This document shows, piece by piece, positions 25,451 to 37,540 of a stretch of DNA of 64,000 nt. Within the stretch, counting starts at the first letter, position 1. The number at the start of each line of letters is the position of its first letter. A program made the translations under genes and the position numbers. The stretch spans positions 18,416,001-18,480,000 of the forward strand of contig CM052817.1 of the NCBI GenBank assembly GCA_028534125.1, given 5' to 3'. This stretch comes from Lama glama (Eukaryota). The notes under the pieces were generated by a model that had not been told where the DNA came from, did not search any database, and saw only the letters and a program-made list of their open reading frames with translations.

Positions 25451-26609
25451 AGAATCATTATTCTCATTGACGCAAACACCCTCATAGCTGGGGAACAGAC
25501 TATGAACCTATAAACAATTTCTGCTACCCTGCGAAGTCATGTAGAGATAATGGCCCTGAGATGCGTTATATACATTCTCTTGGACTCCCCTTAGCACTGG
25601 CCTTTGGGAAGACTAGCTCAAGTTCCTCCAGCCCTCCTGCTGCCTGAGCCACAGCTGGAATGCTGCCACCTAGCTTTCTCTCTGCCTCATAAAAGTGCAT
25701 TTATGACTTCTTCCTTCAAGACCCTCCCCTTGCTTGTGGCTATAAATGGTGTGGGCATAAATAGTTACATATTACAATATGAGGCCAGAGCCAATTGGAA
25801 GTAAACTCCCTATTGGGTCTCCAGAACCCTATAAATCTCTTTTATGGTTCTTAACATTTTCCACTTTGAATTATCATCTTATACTACTCTTTACTATATC
25901 ACAAATGTCCAAGATTGGTATTATTACCTTAATTTTATAGGTGAGAAAGAATTAAAGAGACTTAACCAAGATAAATAAAAACTAACTAACCAACTAACTG
26001 GTTGACTGATCAGTGTTGAAACAAAGATATCTAGTTGCTATCTAGTCTTATTTCCATCCCCACATTATGACATCTTTCTACAATGCCTTACACACAGACA
26101 AGATTAATACGCTTGTTTCCTCATTATCTCTGGGTGACACGAATGCAATAATTTTCTTAGATGACTCTCTCCCTCTGGGCTCACCTCTCCTCTGCTCATT
26201 CCTTACAGAGCTCCAGTTCTAATTCATGAATCTAATTGTGACACTCTCCACCATTGTGGAGCCCATTTTTCAATGGTCAGAATCTTAAACTATTTGGAAG
26301 TCATGCCGTACCCTTCATGAACTGGCCACTGCTTGCTTTTACAGAGTTATCTATTGCCAGTCTTTCCTTCTCACTCTGTGCTCTAGCATTATTGACCAGT
26401 TGTCACTTGTCCCACATGCTCTTTCATACTTTGTCTTTGCAGGTGCTGTTCCCCAGAATGTCCACCTTGTTTGACAAAGTTGTACCTATATAAATAACAT
26501 TGTGAAACATGTAACCAATTCTTCTATTATTAATGTCCACGTTCTTTTCATAGTGTCAAAGTCTCATTTTAAAAGTACCTTCTAGGTCCTTTTTGTTTAT
26601 CTCTTTTAT

Positions 26610-26718
26610 ATAAAGTAATGTGTATTTATTAACCCTAAACTCCTAATCTATCCCTCCCCACTGCCTTTTCTCCTCTGGTAACCACAGTTTGTTTTCTATG
26701 TCCATGATTCTATTCTGG
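26610..26718 (-). mobile_element. L1 3' UTR fragment
   Basis: aaactcctaatctatccctcccc...ggtaaccacagtttgttttctatgtc, similar to the L1 copies at 24.3 and 47.6 kb. Confidence 0.7.
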
Positions 26719-26736
26719 ACTTTCACTTTAGGCCAG

Positions 26737-27045
26737 TGAGATATCATACATGCTTACTAGAATGGTTAAATTTAAAAAGACTGCCTATATGAAGTGTTGG
26801 TGAAGATACAGAAAAAATGGAACTGTCATACATTGCTGGTGGGAAAGCAAAGTGGTATATTTCCTTTTATATTTTCTTTAAAGGTTAAGCATATATCTAC
26901 CATTTGACCCAGCCCTTACCTTCCTTGGTATTTACCAAAGAGAAACAAAAGTATATGTCCATTTAAAGACTTGTACACCAAAGTTCATAACAGCTTTATT
27001 TGTTATAGCCCCAAACTGAGAACAACCCAAATGTCCATAACAGGT
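26737..27045 (+). mobile_element. Ancient L1 (L1M-type) ORF2 C-terminal fragment
   Basis: catacattgctggtgggaa, ttcataacagctttatttgttatagccccaaactg, aacccaaatgtcca. Confidence 0.8.
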
Positions 27046-27094
27046 ATATTGACTTGGATTCCTGCTATTTCCCCATTCTCTGAGCTCTTTTATG

Positions 27095-27310
27095 GATGTG
27101 CCTATGACCCAGCTTCAACTATATGAATAAGGTCAATGATCAAAAAGATGGCAGAACCAAAAGACAGAAAGAGTCTGGGTCTCCAAATGATGGAGATCAA
27201 CTGCTCATTTCAGGAATCTTATGTCAGAAAGCCAAACACTTTCACTTTGTTCAAACCACAGTGTTTCTGGGTCTTTTTGTTACAAGAGCTTAGTCTTTAC
27301 TCCTAAGTCA
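27095..27310 (+). mobile_element. Old MaLR/ERVL LTR 3' part
   Basis: agatggcagaaccaaaagacagaaagagtctgggtc...gggtctttttgttaca. Confidence 0.6.
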
Positions 27311-27923
27311 CTCTGAGAAATATAAGAAAATTGAGTGATTTCAGGGGAGAGAGATCTTTTCCTGATGCAGTGATCAGGGCATGCCTCATGGTGAAGGTGA
27401 CATTTAGGTTCAACAATTTTTAGTGGGTTAAGAAAAGGAAACTTCAATGGAAGGCTGAGTTAAGCAAAAGTATAAGACTAGGAAAGCATCAATTAACCAT
27501 AGAGTTGCATGCACATGTAGAGCTCGAGACATGTGTCCTCTTCTCCCTCCCACCATGTAAGATGTAGAGTTCTCTAATTTTAGAAATGTCTTTTTTTTTT
27601 TTTAGGTCTAGTCTAAAGATGTTTAATAACCTCTAGGATTGGCAATATAGTTAAATTATTTTTAGACTTTTTGGTGAAATTTGCCATTATAATTAATCTT
27701 CTTGATGGTACTACTCATAATCTGTGAACTATCATTGCAGTGAAATGAGGATAATTGAGATAATTGGCTGTATGACTCAGCTTCAAGTTTCTGGATGGCC
27801 TGGATAATCTGGGTTGTTTAGATTTGGTGCATTAATCCTCCGAACATCTCTCCATCATCTACTCCTAGCCATTTTTGTGGGTCAACAAGTACACTTCACA
27901 GTTGTCTTTAAAGAGATTTTCTT

Positions 27924-28788
27924 TGTTACAGGCTGAATTGTTTTCACTAACCAAATTCATATGTTGAAGTCCTAAACCCCAGTACCTCAGAGGATGACTG
28001 TATTTTAAGACTGGGTGTTTAAGGAGTGGATTAAGTTAAAATGAGATCATCAGGTGGTCCCTAATCCAGTTTGACTGTTGTCCTTATAAGAAGAGGAATT
28101 TTGGATGCAGAAAGAGACACTAGGGCTGCGTATGCACAGGAGAAAAACCATGTGAGAACAGAAAGAACGAATCTGAATATTAGGTCTGTTTCTTTTACTT
28201 TAACCTTTGTATTCTATTGCTTGTTAGTCAATAAAGGGATGATGCCTCTAAGCTTAAATTATGCATAATGACCCATCTCTAGGAACCTTGCCTCCCAGGT
28301 AATGAGCATTAATCTGAAATACCTTTGTTTAGTCACAGGAATCATCCTGACCAGACCCACTTATGAATGGCTGCAGGAGAGAAGAAATGAACATCTACCA
28401 TCTGAAGTCTGGCCAGAACCAGGACTTTACCCCTTCCCTTTTTAATATAAAAATGAGCCTGAATTCAAATTCAGAGAAGATGGTTTTCTAGGACACTAGT
28501 CCACCATCTTCTCAGTCTGCTGGCTTTCTGAATAAAGTCACTATTCTTTGCCCCAACAAGCCATCCCTTGATTTATTGGCCTGTCGTGCGGTGAGCAGTA
28601 CGAGGTTGGGCTCAGTAACAGATGGAGGCCATCTGGAAGCCAAGGAGGGAGGCCTCAGATGAAACCAAACCTTCTGACTCTTTGATTTTGGACTTCCTAG
28701 GCTCCAAAACTGTGAAAGAAAAAATTTCTGACGTTTAAGCCATCCAGTGTGTGGTATTTTGTTATGGCAGCCTGAGTAAACCAGTATA
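27924..28788 (+). mobile_element. MaLR LTR, MLT1B-like, split by a nested ERV1-type LTR
   Basis: tgttacaggctgaattg...atatgttgaagtcctaa 5' half; ggccatctggaagccaagg...ggtattttgttatggcagcc 3' half. Confidence 0.85.
28151..28620 (+). mobile_element. ERV1-type solo LTR nested in the MLT1B-like LTR
   Basis: tataaaa TATA, aataaa polyA signal and ...ctcagtaaca end; left junction approximate. Confidence 0.8.
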
Positions 28789-28939
28789 CCATCCTCTTAG
28801 CCTCTTTTCCAAACATAAACCTTGAGATTCTCTTACCTTAGAGCTCATTACCATGACAGTTTGCTCTGTTGTTTAGAAGGTGCTTGTTCTACATAAGCTC
28901 TCAGTCTACTTTAGGTAACTGTAAGGTGGACTTCAGACT

Positions 28940-29080
28940 GATATCCTCATCTTCACTTTACAGTTGAGGGAAACTGAAGTCCAGGAAAGGTGTTGGCTTA
29001 TTTGCTTGGAGTTTTACCAATAGATCATTATGGATCCAGGAATCAAGCCCAGGTCTCCTGATTCTAACTCTGGTGCTTTA
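28940..29080 (-). mobile_element. MIR fragment
   Basis: actttacagttgagggaaactgaag...caagcccaggtctcctgattc. Confidence 0.65.
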
Positions 29081-29164
29081 AGAGATCAGTCCTCCTCTCC
29101 TGATCATAATTTGTTCCTATGAGGCTTGGCTGGCAATGTCTCCAGTGCAATATGGAGAGGTGTG

Positions 29165-29390
29165 TGTTGGTTTTTGAGCCGTATTGCATGGGACTAAATC
29201 CTGGTGTGTCATGTCCTAGCTATGTGACCTTAGGTAAGTTAGGTAGAAGTTAGTTAACCACTTTGTGCCTCAGTTTCCTTATTTATGAAATGGAGGAGAA
29301 GAATGATGCCAACCTCAGAATATTTGGGGAAGATTCGCTGATACAATATATGTAACATGCTTACCATGTGTCAGCTCCAATCATCATTAG
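29165..29390 (+). mobile_element. MIR SINE
   Basis: ctagctatgtgaccttaggtaagtta...tgtgcctcagtttccttatttatgaaatgg. Confidence 0.85.
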
Positions 29391-29684
29391 TCTCATTTTC
29401 TGTTTTCTTCTGAAAAATCTAAGTCCTGAAAATTCAAAGCTAAAACTGCTCAACTTTTAAACTGCAAATTCCAAATGAGGACCCACTAGGGAATTTCTGA
29501 TTCACTAAATTCCAATGCTTCCTCATGAAAAGAGAGCTTCTAGCACAGAGATATCAATATCTGTAAAGATGTTTGTTATTCGAAACCCAATGACAAAAAG
29601 CCCTAAATTGACTAAAATGTTTTTCTTTTTTTTTTTTACTTTGTTTTTAGGAGAAAGAAACAAATCAGGAGAGAGAGTTGATAA

Positions 29685-29870
29685 TTATTCATACAGTTAA
29701 TATTTAACAGCATCTACTTTGTGTAACATATTCTGCTGGGTGCTATGAGGGGCACAAAGATAAATTAGATGCTTGGTCTGTCCTCAAGCTGTTTACAGTT
29801 TAACAGCTAAGAAAGGACATAAGTTTAAAGGAAAGCAAGGGTTATAAGAGCGATGGGAGGGCTATAAGTA
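29685..29870 (-). mobile_element. L2 3' fragment
   Basis: atatttaacagcatctactttgtgt...gtcctcaagctgtttacagttta. Confidence 0.6.
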
Positions 29871-30339
29871 TTTTTCCAAATTGCTGGAAATCTGGAACTT
29901 AGGTGTAAAAAAAATTTTTTTCAATCAAGGCAGATCACAGGCTCAGTGGATTTTGGGTTCTGTCTCCTACTGTCTGTACAACGAAACTAATGTTAAGAAC
30001 ATGACCCCTGAGAGCCAGCAAGAGCCTCACTTATTATAGCAAGATACACTTATGGTTGACTGGACTGATGTAGGAAAGGTTTATGAGCAAACAACTAAAA
30101 CAAGATATTTGTATTCCTGCACCACCCAGAATCACATCACTAGGGTATTCTGCTCCCATTAGTTATGAGCCTCCCTGACTTCACCTAGAGGCCAAAAATA
30201 CACTTCTTTAGTGGCTTCAAAACTTCTGTGTTTTTGGAAATTTTCACAGGGAACTTGTAAAAGCTCTTAATACTTGACTAGGCAGACTGGCAAAAACAGA
30301 GTAAAAGAGAAGTGATAAATAACAAAGACAGTTATCTTT

Positions 30340-30482
30340 TAATTCCTATAATAATTGTAGTAAGTGGAAGCAATACTATCAGCCCATTTTATAGATTAAG
30401 AAATTGAGGCACAGAAAAACCAAGCACCATGCACTAAGTCACATGACTAACAAGTATCAGAGCCAGGATTCTAGCTGATTCC
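30340..30482 (-). mobile_element. MIR SINE
   Basis: cccattttatagattaagaaattgaggcacaga...cagagccaggattc. Confidence 0.75.
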
Positions 30483-30652
30483 AGCAGTATGCAGAGAAAA
30501 TATACCTAACCTGCTTTATATTCCTAAAAATAGTGAAAAAATGAGCAAAGCAAATGAAGAGGCAATTCACAGGTGAGAAAATGTAATGGACAGTGAAGAT
30601 ATGAAAGGATATGCAGCCTTTCTAGTAATCAGAGAAATAAAAAAAATACCAA

Positions 30653-30832
30653 TGTTAGCCTTGAGGGTCATACAACATCTGTAGTGATCGTTCAACTCTG
30701 TTGTTAAACCAGGAAAGCAGCCAGAAAAAATATACAAAAAAAATGAATGTGGCTGGGTTCCAATGAAACTTTATTCACAGAAACAGGTGGCAGGCCAGAT
30801 TTGGCCAGTGGGTTATAGCCTGCTGACCTGTT
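30653..30832. mobile_element. hAT-Charlie DNA transposon, MER58A-like
   Basis: gtggctgggttccaatgaaactttattcacagaaacaggtggcaggccagatttggcc; lies within old L1-like sequence (about 30530-31030). Confidence 0.8.
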
Positions 30833-31094
30833 CATTATGATAGTCTATGAAACATGATATAAATACAAAAAGGAGCAGATAAGGGACATGAAGGAATATC
30901 CCAGAAATAATATTAAGGAAAACACCCCACAAGTTTCAAGGTAACACATCTGGTAGAACTTGATTGTTGTAAAGAACTGTAGAGTAATATGCACATGACA
31001 GGTGTATGCTGAAACGTGTATCTCAACATACACGTTAAAATATAGTTATATGGCCGTGTTAATCTATAGGTTGAGTGCACTGGAGCAAATGTGG

Positions 31095-31295
31095 GCTGTG
31101 GAGACAGACTGGGTTTTGACCTTGCTTCTATTAACTGTGTGACCTTGGGCAAGTTACTTGCCCTTGCTGAGATAAGTTTCTTTACCTGGAAAAGGTAGAT
31201 AATAATATACCTCCTCCTGTTGTTATGAGGGATTGGTAGACAGTATGAGTGCCTGCACGGGGCCAGCATGTGGTCGGCATCCACACAGAGCAGTT
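31095..31295 (+). mobile_element. MIR SINE
   Basis: ctgtgtgaccttgggcaagttactt core. Confidence 0.85.
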
Positions 31296-32534
31296 GTACT
31301 GCAGCTGACCTACATGCCCTCCTGGTCCCATTGGTTCTTTGGTTGCTCACGTGCTCTTCCCTGTGGCTGTTAACATTCTCCTGTTTGGTTCCACTAGTAG
31401 CAAGCTTCTCTTTCCCCTGCAGTTGTCTGCCACACTCTTCTTTTCCTGCCTCTGCACATTCTCTGCTTTCAGCACTGGCTGCTCCTGTCCCACCTGAGTC
31501 TCTCTCTAGTTACTACTACATCTCTTATAGAGGCTGACATCGTTGGTATATATTTCCTGCTGCCCAAGAATTTGGAACAAGCATCACCAGCCTCATAAAG
31601 CATCCTTCAGTGATGACCCTGAAATCCTGTGACTCTAGGCAGAATCTGGGTACCTTGATGCTCCTTTCTGTAGGGTGAACATCTGCCACACACAATCTCC
31701 AACCCCCACATCCCTTCATATAATTTTTGGCCTCATTTTTTTCCTTCCAAGAGTGTTTATCCTGATGTCCAAGGATCTAACCATCTTTCCTAAATTCTCT
31801 TCCCATTTCTCCCTAAAATTCTACAAAGGGAACTCTTAGTAACCTGTCTTAATAAGTTAGAATTTGAGGGAGCGTATCTATCAATAGCACTTCCCCGCCT
31901 GAACTGAAGTCAGACCTTTGCTATGCGCTGCACTTACAATTTTTTTTGGAAATGTGATTGTGGGGCGAGGTTGGGGAAGCAAACTTTGAAAATGAATGTA
32001 TTCTTTTTCTTCCAATTTTTAGTGTTTTTGCTGGTGGCAACAGACTTTGCAATCAATTAGAAATGACTGGGGTTTAAGGTTCAGGAAAATGTCTCCAGAT
32101 AAGAGTCACAAAATACCGATTCCTTCTGCTATCTCAGCTGCCTCGGGTGGCCTTTCCTGCATGTGAGATTAGTTGTAAAATTCACGTGTGCCTGACTTCA
32201 TGAACATTTACCTCTCCTACCCAGTTCATCAGAAAACAGAAGGTTAAACTTGTACTTAAACCTTCCAACCACTCTGAAGAAGTCTGGCTTTTCTTTTGTT
32301 GAACAGGAGGCTTCCCCAAGGGGGAATGATGATACTTGAACCTACAGGAACACACGTCTAGAGATCACAGAACAGACTGCACAGGAGTGTGACATTGAAA
32401 ATTCATGCTGTGCCCCAGGAAAAAGCCAGCCTAAGGACCAAAATCCTAAACAGGTTTTGTTCGGTACTCATCCATCTGAACAACTCTTTGTTTTTTCTCA
32501 ACTTTTCACCCCCATTCTTCCTCATTGGAAGAGT

Positions 32535-32655
32535 TTGGTCTTGGAATTCAGATGGGTTGGTTGACTTATTTTGTATGTGAGTTGGGAGAATTACGTAACC
32601 TTCCTGAGCTTTAGTTTACTTCTTTGCAAAGTGGAATAGCCATAACTACATCAAA
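32535..32655 (+). mobile_element. MIR fragment
   Basis: tgtatgtgagttgggagaattacgtaaccttcctgagctttagttt. Confidence 0.55.
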
Positions 32656-34184
32656 AGGAAAGTATAGACATTTATTGAGTTCTGACATGTACTGTGTATT
32701 TCATATGGTAGTGGACTTCTGTCATCTTGGGTGATACATGGTACCCATTCCTCTTCCCTCTGATGGAAAACTAGATATCCAATGGGAGATTTTCCTCTCC
32801 CCAAGCACTCGTACTTTTGGTGTGAGTGTAGATCCAGGGATCTCCTTCTTTAACCTTGGAGTTGATGGTCCCTTTTGTCAGATCTTTCTTTGCTTTACCC
32901 AATATATCTGAAGGGAAGTCACATAATCCAAATATGGTTAATCAGAACTTCTGGTTTGAGGATCTTAAATATTGAGCAAAGTGGCAGGAAGATATTGCTA
33001 GAATTCATTCCCAAGAGGGGCAGCTTCCTGCTGTGAATGAATTCCTGGGAGTTGCCAGACTCCCAGCCAGCTGGTGAAAGCTTGGTTCTTTAACTTTGTC
33101 ATTAATCTTTTTACTTCCTTCATTTTTTTCTCCAAACTTTTCTTCAAGTCTTTTTTCATTTGTTTGCAGCAAAAAAAAAAAATATCCTTAATTTTATACA
33201 CAAGCCTTATTTTATTTGATTCTGACAATAATCCTATGAGGTAGGATTGTCCCTATGAGGAGACTGGGTTCCAGAATGTCAGGTAATTTATCCATGTGAC
33301 GGAGTAGGAGGAGAAGCTGGAAGATTAAATAAAGGAACAAAAGGTTAAGTAAGATAGAAGCATTTGAAGGCACTTTGCACAATCCTCAGCCCATAGTATG
33401 CACTTATCAACATTAACTTCAAAAGGAATTCTGAATCTTTGTATTCAGTGAAAAGTGACTACCTACTATGAGGGAAAAAAAGTAACCTACACAGTATGAA
33501 AATGAAAAATAAAGTGGTGATTCGGTGGTTTCTAATTTTACATGAATATTATTCATTTCTCAAATCTTGGGCTTTTTGAGGGCATGTTCTTGCTCTGGAA
33601 TCTCATTGCATTTCTAGAGAATAACAGAAAATTTGAGTACTCAGGCTACATTGAACAAGGACTATTAGAAACAAGCAACAAGGTTTGGATGCAAATCCTT
33701 TTCTTGTGGCTAGTGTGGTCCAGGCTTTGAAATGGCCACTGCCACAGCTTGAAGATCCCGCTGACACCTTTGTTCTGCAATCAGCAAGAACAATCCCCAA
33801 GCTCTCCCAGTCATCCCCAGAAAAGCATAAACCAACAGCAGCCAGGAAAACATTTCTAAGCTAATTACCCAACAGAAATTTCACAATATAGCAGTGACTG
33901 CTACTCACCAGGTGTTTGAAACTGGTGGAAATCTAACGGCATGGCAACCATTTCAGTAAACCCTGTGATTAACTGTGTCTGGACTTTCTTCTGTTTTTCT
34001 CAAGAGGTCAGTTTGATTTATTTTCAGGCATATGTTTGTTGAGGCAGCTTCAATTTTTGATTCATTTATTGCATATGCTTGGTGCTCTACCGATACACAA
34101 TAAAACTCCAGAAACTTGAGTGTTGATTGTGCAAGGAAATATCTTTTAATGGGATAGATTCCAAGGGGAAAGTCCAACAGTGTC

Positions 34185-34280
34185 TGCTTTTTCTTTCCTT
34201 CTTTAGGTGTTTGCTACTTTTCTTTGTTTTCTTTCTTTTCCCCCTTCCTTCCTCTTTCTTTCTTTCCTTCCTTCCTTCCA
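34185..34280. repeat. CT-rich low-complexity / (TTCC)n
   Basis: Pyrimidine tract ending in ttccttccttccttcc. Confidence 0.8.
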
Positions 34281-34929
34281 ATCCAAAGCAAACATAGAAT
34301 GGGCTCCAGGTTCCCTGTGAGCCATTGTACCAAATTAAGTCTCACCTTTTCCAAATGGTCATTCTGGTTATTTGGAAATGATGAAGGACTCACACTTGTT
34401 TAGTACAATCAGCGTCATGCTTGCAAGGCTATTTTCCGTTACCATAAAGTGGTGTGGACTTGGAAGACTCAGGGATGGCCTGACTTTCCAACTGTTCTGC
34501 CTCGGTCAATATGTCAATAATCAGTAGGGGGCCTGCTCTGTCTAACTTAACCCCTGGCCTTTGCACACTCTCACTCTTCAGCTGAGTCCTCCATCATGCT
34601 GGGGCTGTCTTTCACATGCACTTCTTGTTAAGGCTGGGGCTGTGTTTTAAAATAATGAGGCCAGTCTGAGTGAAATGCTCTGGGGAAGGAGCAGGCTTCT
34701 TCAGTGCTCGGTAATACCTGGGCTTGGGCTCTGGTAGTCTCAGGAAGTTCTACTGTCAGAATTTCACTGCAGCCTGACCTGCCATAATTGCTGAGTCTCT
34801 CCTCTGAAGGCGCAAAGCTTTCTTTACTGGATGGGTATCCTCAAATGTGGTTTCAAAGGTCCTCCTGGAGGGTCTGCTGGCAGAATCATAACATACATTT
34901 GTCCTCTGATTATTAAAGGACACTCCTTT

Positions 34930-35019
34930 GGGGGTGGGGAGTGTGTAGCTCGGCAGTAGAGTGCATGCTTAGCATGTACAAGGTCCAGGGTTCAATCCAC
35001 AGTACCTCCTAAAGTATCT
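34930..35019 (+). mobile_element. tRNA-Ala(AGC)-derived SINE (camelid Vic-1 type)
   Basis: gtgtagctcggcagtagagtgcatgcttagcatgtacaaggtccagggttcaatcc with A/B boxes; G-rich leader; 15-bp TSD aaaggacactccttt/aaaggacattccttt (34915-34929, 35020-35034). Confidence 0.88.
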
Positions 35020-35543
35020 AAAGGACATTCCTTTGGGGATGATTTATTTTACAGAATAATTTGCCCAGAGGAACTTGGGAAAGGGACTTGAGAAAGTTGT
35101 ATTTATTCTCCATATAAAGAATAAGTTACATTCCGGAATAACGATCAGTGTACTGAAAACATGTCTTAAACCAAAATAACATTGCTGTCACAGAGCTCTA
35201 AAGAAATGTTTATGGCCTTTCTTTATGTGGGGAACCACAAACACAGATTTTGTTATCTTTTTTGAATGTTAACTTGCTACTCTGAGTTTAAGGTGCATCT
35301 GTAAGGGTTAAAGGGGTGATAATTGTACTTATGACATAGAATACATTTAAGGTATTTAGCAGAATAATCACCCAATGAATGTTAATATTATTACTATTAT
35401 TCTCTTGAAAGAGAAGATACCAGTAGAAATGCAGTTGAATTAATTGCTGTTTTATATTTGAATTTTAGACCTCAAAGTAGATATTTTCATAATTTATTGA
35501 ATCATAAAATCTTCAATATTAAATGACTTGACCAAAGCCAACT

Positions 35544-35966
35544 TGGTGGCTTCAAAAATCGTGTTGTAAATTCTCTGACTTTCCTCCCATCATGAAGTGG
35601 GAGCCGTCTCCTTTCTCCTTAAATATGGACAGACCTCAGTGGCTTGCCTCTACTAAACTTTTAGGAACACAGGGAAGTGAAGCTACATGACTTCCCAGGT
35701 CGTAAAAGGCAACACATCTAGCTTTCTCTATCTCTTGCAGGACTCTCTCTTGAAATCCAGTTGCCAGGCCTACAGGATGTGCAGGTGACATATTTTGGGC
35801 GACATGGCCTACTGAAGTCCCAACTGATTTCCAGTGGCAAAACCCAGTCCTGTGAGTGAGGAAGGCTTTGAGATGACTCCAGTCCCACGTACCATCTGAT
35901 GGCAACTACATTGGAAACTCTCAACAGGACCCACCTACTGAGTCCTGAAACTTTCAAAACTGTGAG
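35544..35966 (+). mobile_element. MaLR LTR, MLT1G/H-like
   Basis: cctcccatcatgaagtggg...tgtgagtgaggaaggctttgagatgactccagtccc...aaactgtgag. Confidence 0.75.
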
Positions 35967-37367
35967 TTTTATTTGGTTTAAATTAGAATTTGCAAAATGC
36001 TTTTATTTGAGGTATACTGAGGGTCTTAATTAGATTTACAGAAAATGAGATAGCTGGGAAGGATATCAGAGATTATTTATTTGAAACTTCTCATTAGATT
36101 GATGAATGAATTAAGCCTTAGAGGGCATTTATTATTAAGACCATTGTCAGTGGTGAGACCCAGTGCTCATTTAGAACTTGTTACGTGTCTTCCTGCCGCA
36201 TTGTGGATGTCACTGATAACAGTCATAAGCAATGGCACGTAACCAAGTCGCTCCGCCACGCAATTGCCCGGCAATGCAGAGTTGGTTATTATCAGGTTCA
36301 CTTAATCAAATAATTTGGGCTTCTGCTTGATTTTAGAAAGCCCAAATTATGCCTGAGGAATGAATTTATTTTCTGGTATCCACTTCATTTTATGCTTTGT
36401 CGACAGATTCAAAATACTCACTTAAATGCATCTACAGAGTGCACACACATACGATTATTCATTTGTATACTTTCACATTAGAGTTTGAAAGCATTTTCCC
36501 CTTTTCTCTTGGAAGCTATTGGAAGAAATGGATTAGAAAATTGAAAAATAGAAAAGACAGAATCAAGGTATGTGAAAAACAGGATGCTTGCTGAAGAAGC
36601 CAGGCTTCTGTGGTCGGGTGAGGGAACACATCTTGCTACCGTCGACAGCTCAGCGGTCTTCAAGACTCCTGGGGGAAGATTGCAAGAAGGCGATGGGGAA
36701 TTTCTATTTTTCGCTTTTGCCCACTCTGCATATATCTGCCTGAGGGATAGAAAGTTAATCTCAAGTTACCCAGGTTTTTTTTTTTTTTTTCTTTTTCTGC
36801 TGCTGCCAGTGCTTTTTAGCGGGTGCTGCATCTCTGGATCCCTGAGGCTGAGCGAAGGAAGAGGCCTTGAGAGGTTCAGGTGCCACCATGTGGAGCACTG
36901 GATACATTAAATACAGAGCCAGCTCTTCTCTGCTGGGTGCTCAGTGTATGGGTGCAATTTTATTGGTCTCCAGATATTCTTTTCTTAATGACACATTCTT
37001 AAATGTCTAAGCCTTTCACACCTTAAAGGAAAGTTGAATTATGCCGGTTTTTAAAGTACCTTTTGCTCTGATTTTGGTCAGCATGTTGATGGACTGATTT
37101 GTGATTTTTGTAGGTTGTATGCACTTTTCCACCAGCTGTTAGGGAGGAAAAGTTGCCCCTGAAAGAGAGGACACTGTAACTTTCGGGTATGTCCGAGGTC
37201 TTAGCGGAGACAGGCGTGGTCAGAGAGAGGGGACCTGAGGGCGTTTGCTGCTTTATTTTCCTGGGCGGTGGCCCAGGATATATCTCGAGTCACAAAAAGA
37301 GACTGAAATTCGCTATCTTTGCTCTGGTCCTGTGCTTCAGAGAGTTGACTCATGTGAGAAAAAGCCA

Positions 37368-37540
37368 GTTTGGTGTGAGGAAGCACAGGTTCAACCCCAG
37401 CTCCGTTATTGACGAGACCACAGTACGTCACTTAACTTCCTGGAACCTCAGGCTTCCCATCTGTAAAATGAGAATAATACTAATAACTTCATCAATTAAA
37501 CGAGACACAGTTCAGCAGCTGTTCACCCAGCACTTGTGAT
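37368..37540 (+). mobile_element. MIR SINE
   Basis: cacttaacttcctggaacctcaggcttcccatctgtaaaatgagaataata. Confidence 0.8.

Noticed and set aside
30913..31350. 145-aa minus-strand ORF
   Set aside because: Translates an antisense MIR (SNLPKVTQL is the typical MIR-derived peptide) and old L1 sequence
34936..35010. Functional tRNA-Ala gene
   Set aside because: Mutated stems, extra G-rich leader, flanking TSD and no immediate T-run terminator indicate a retroposed SINE
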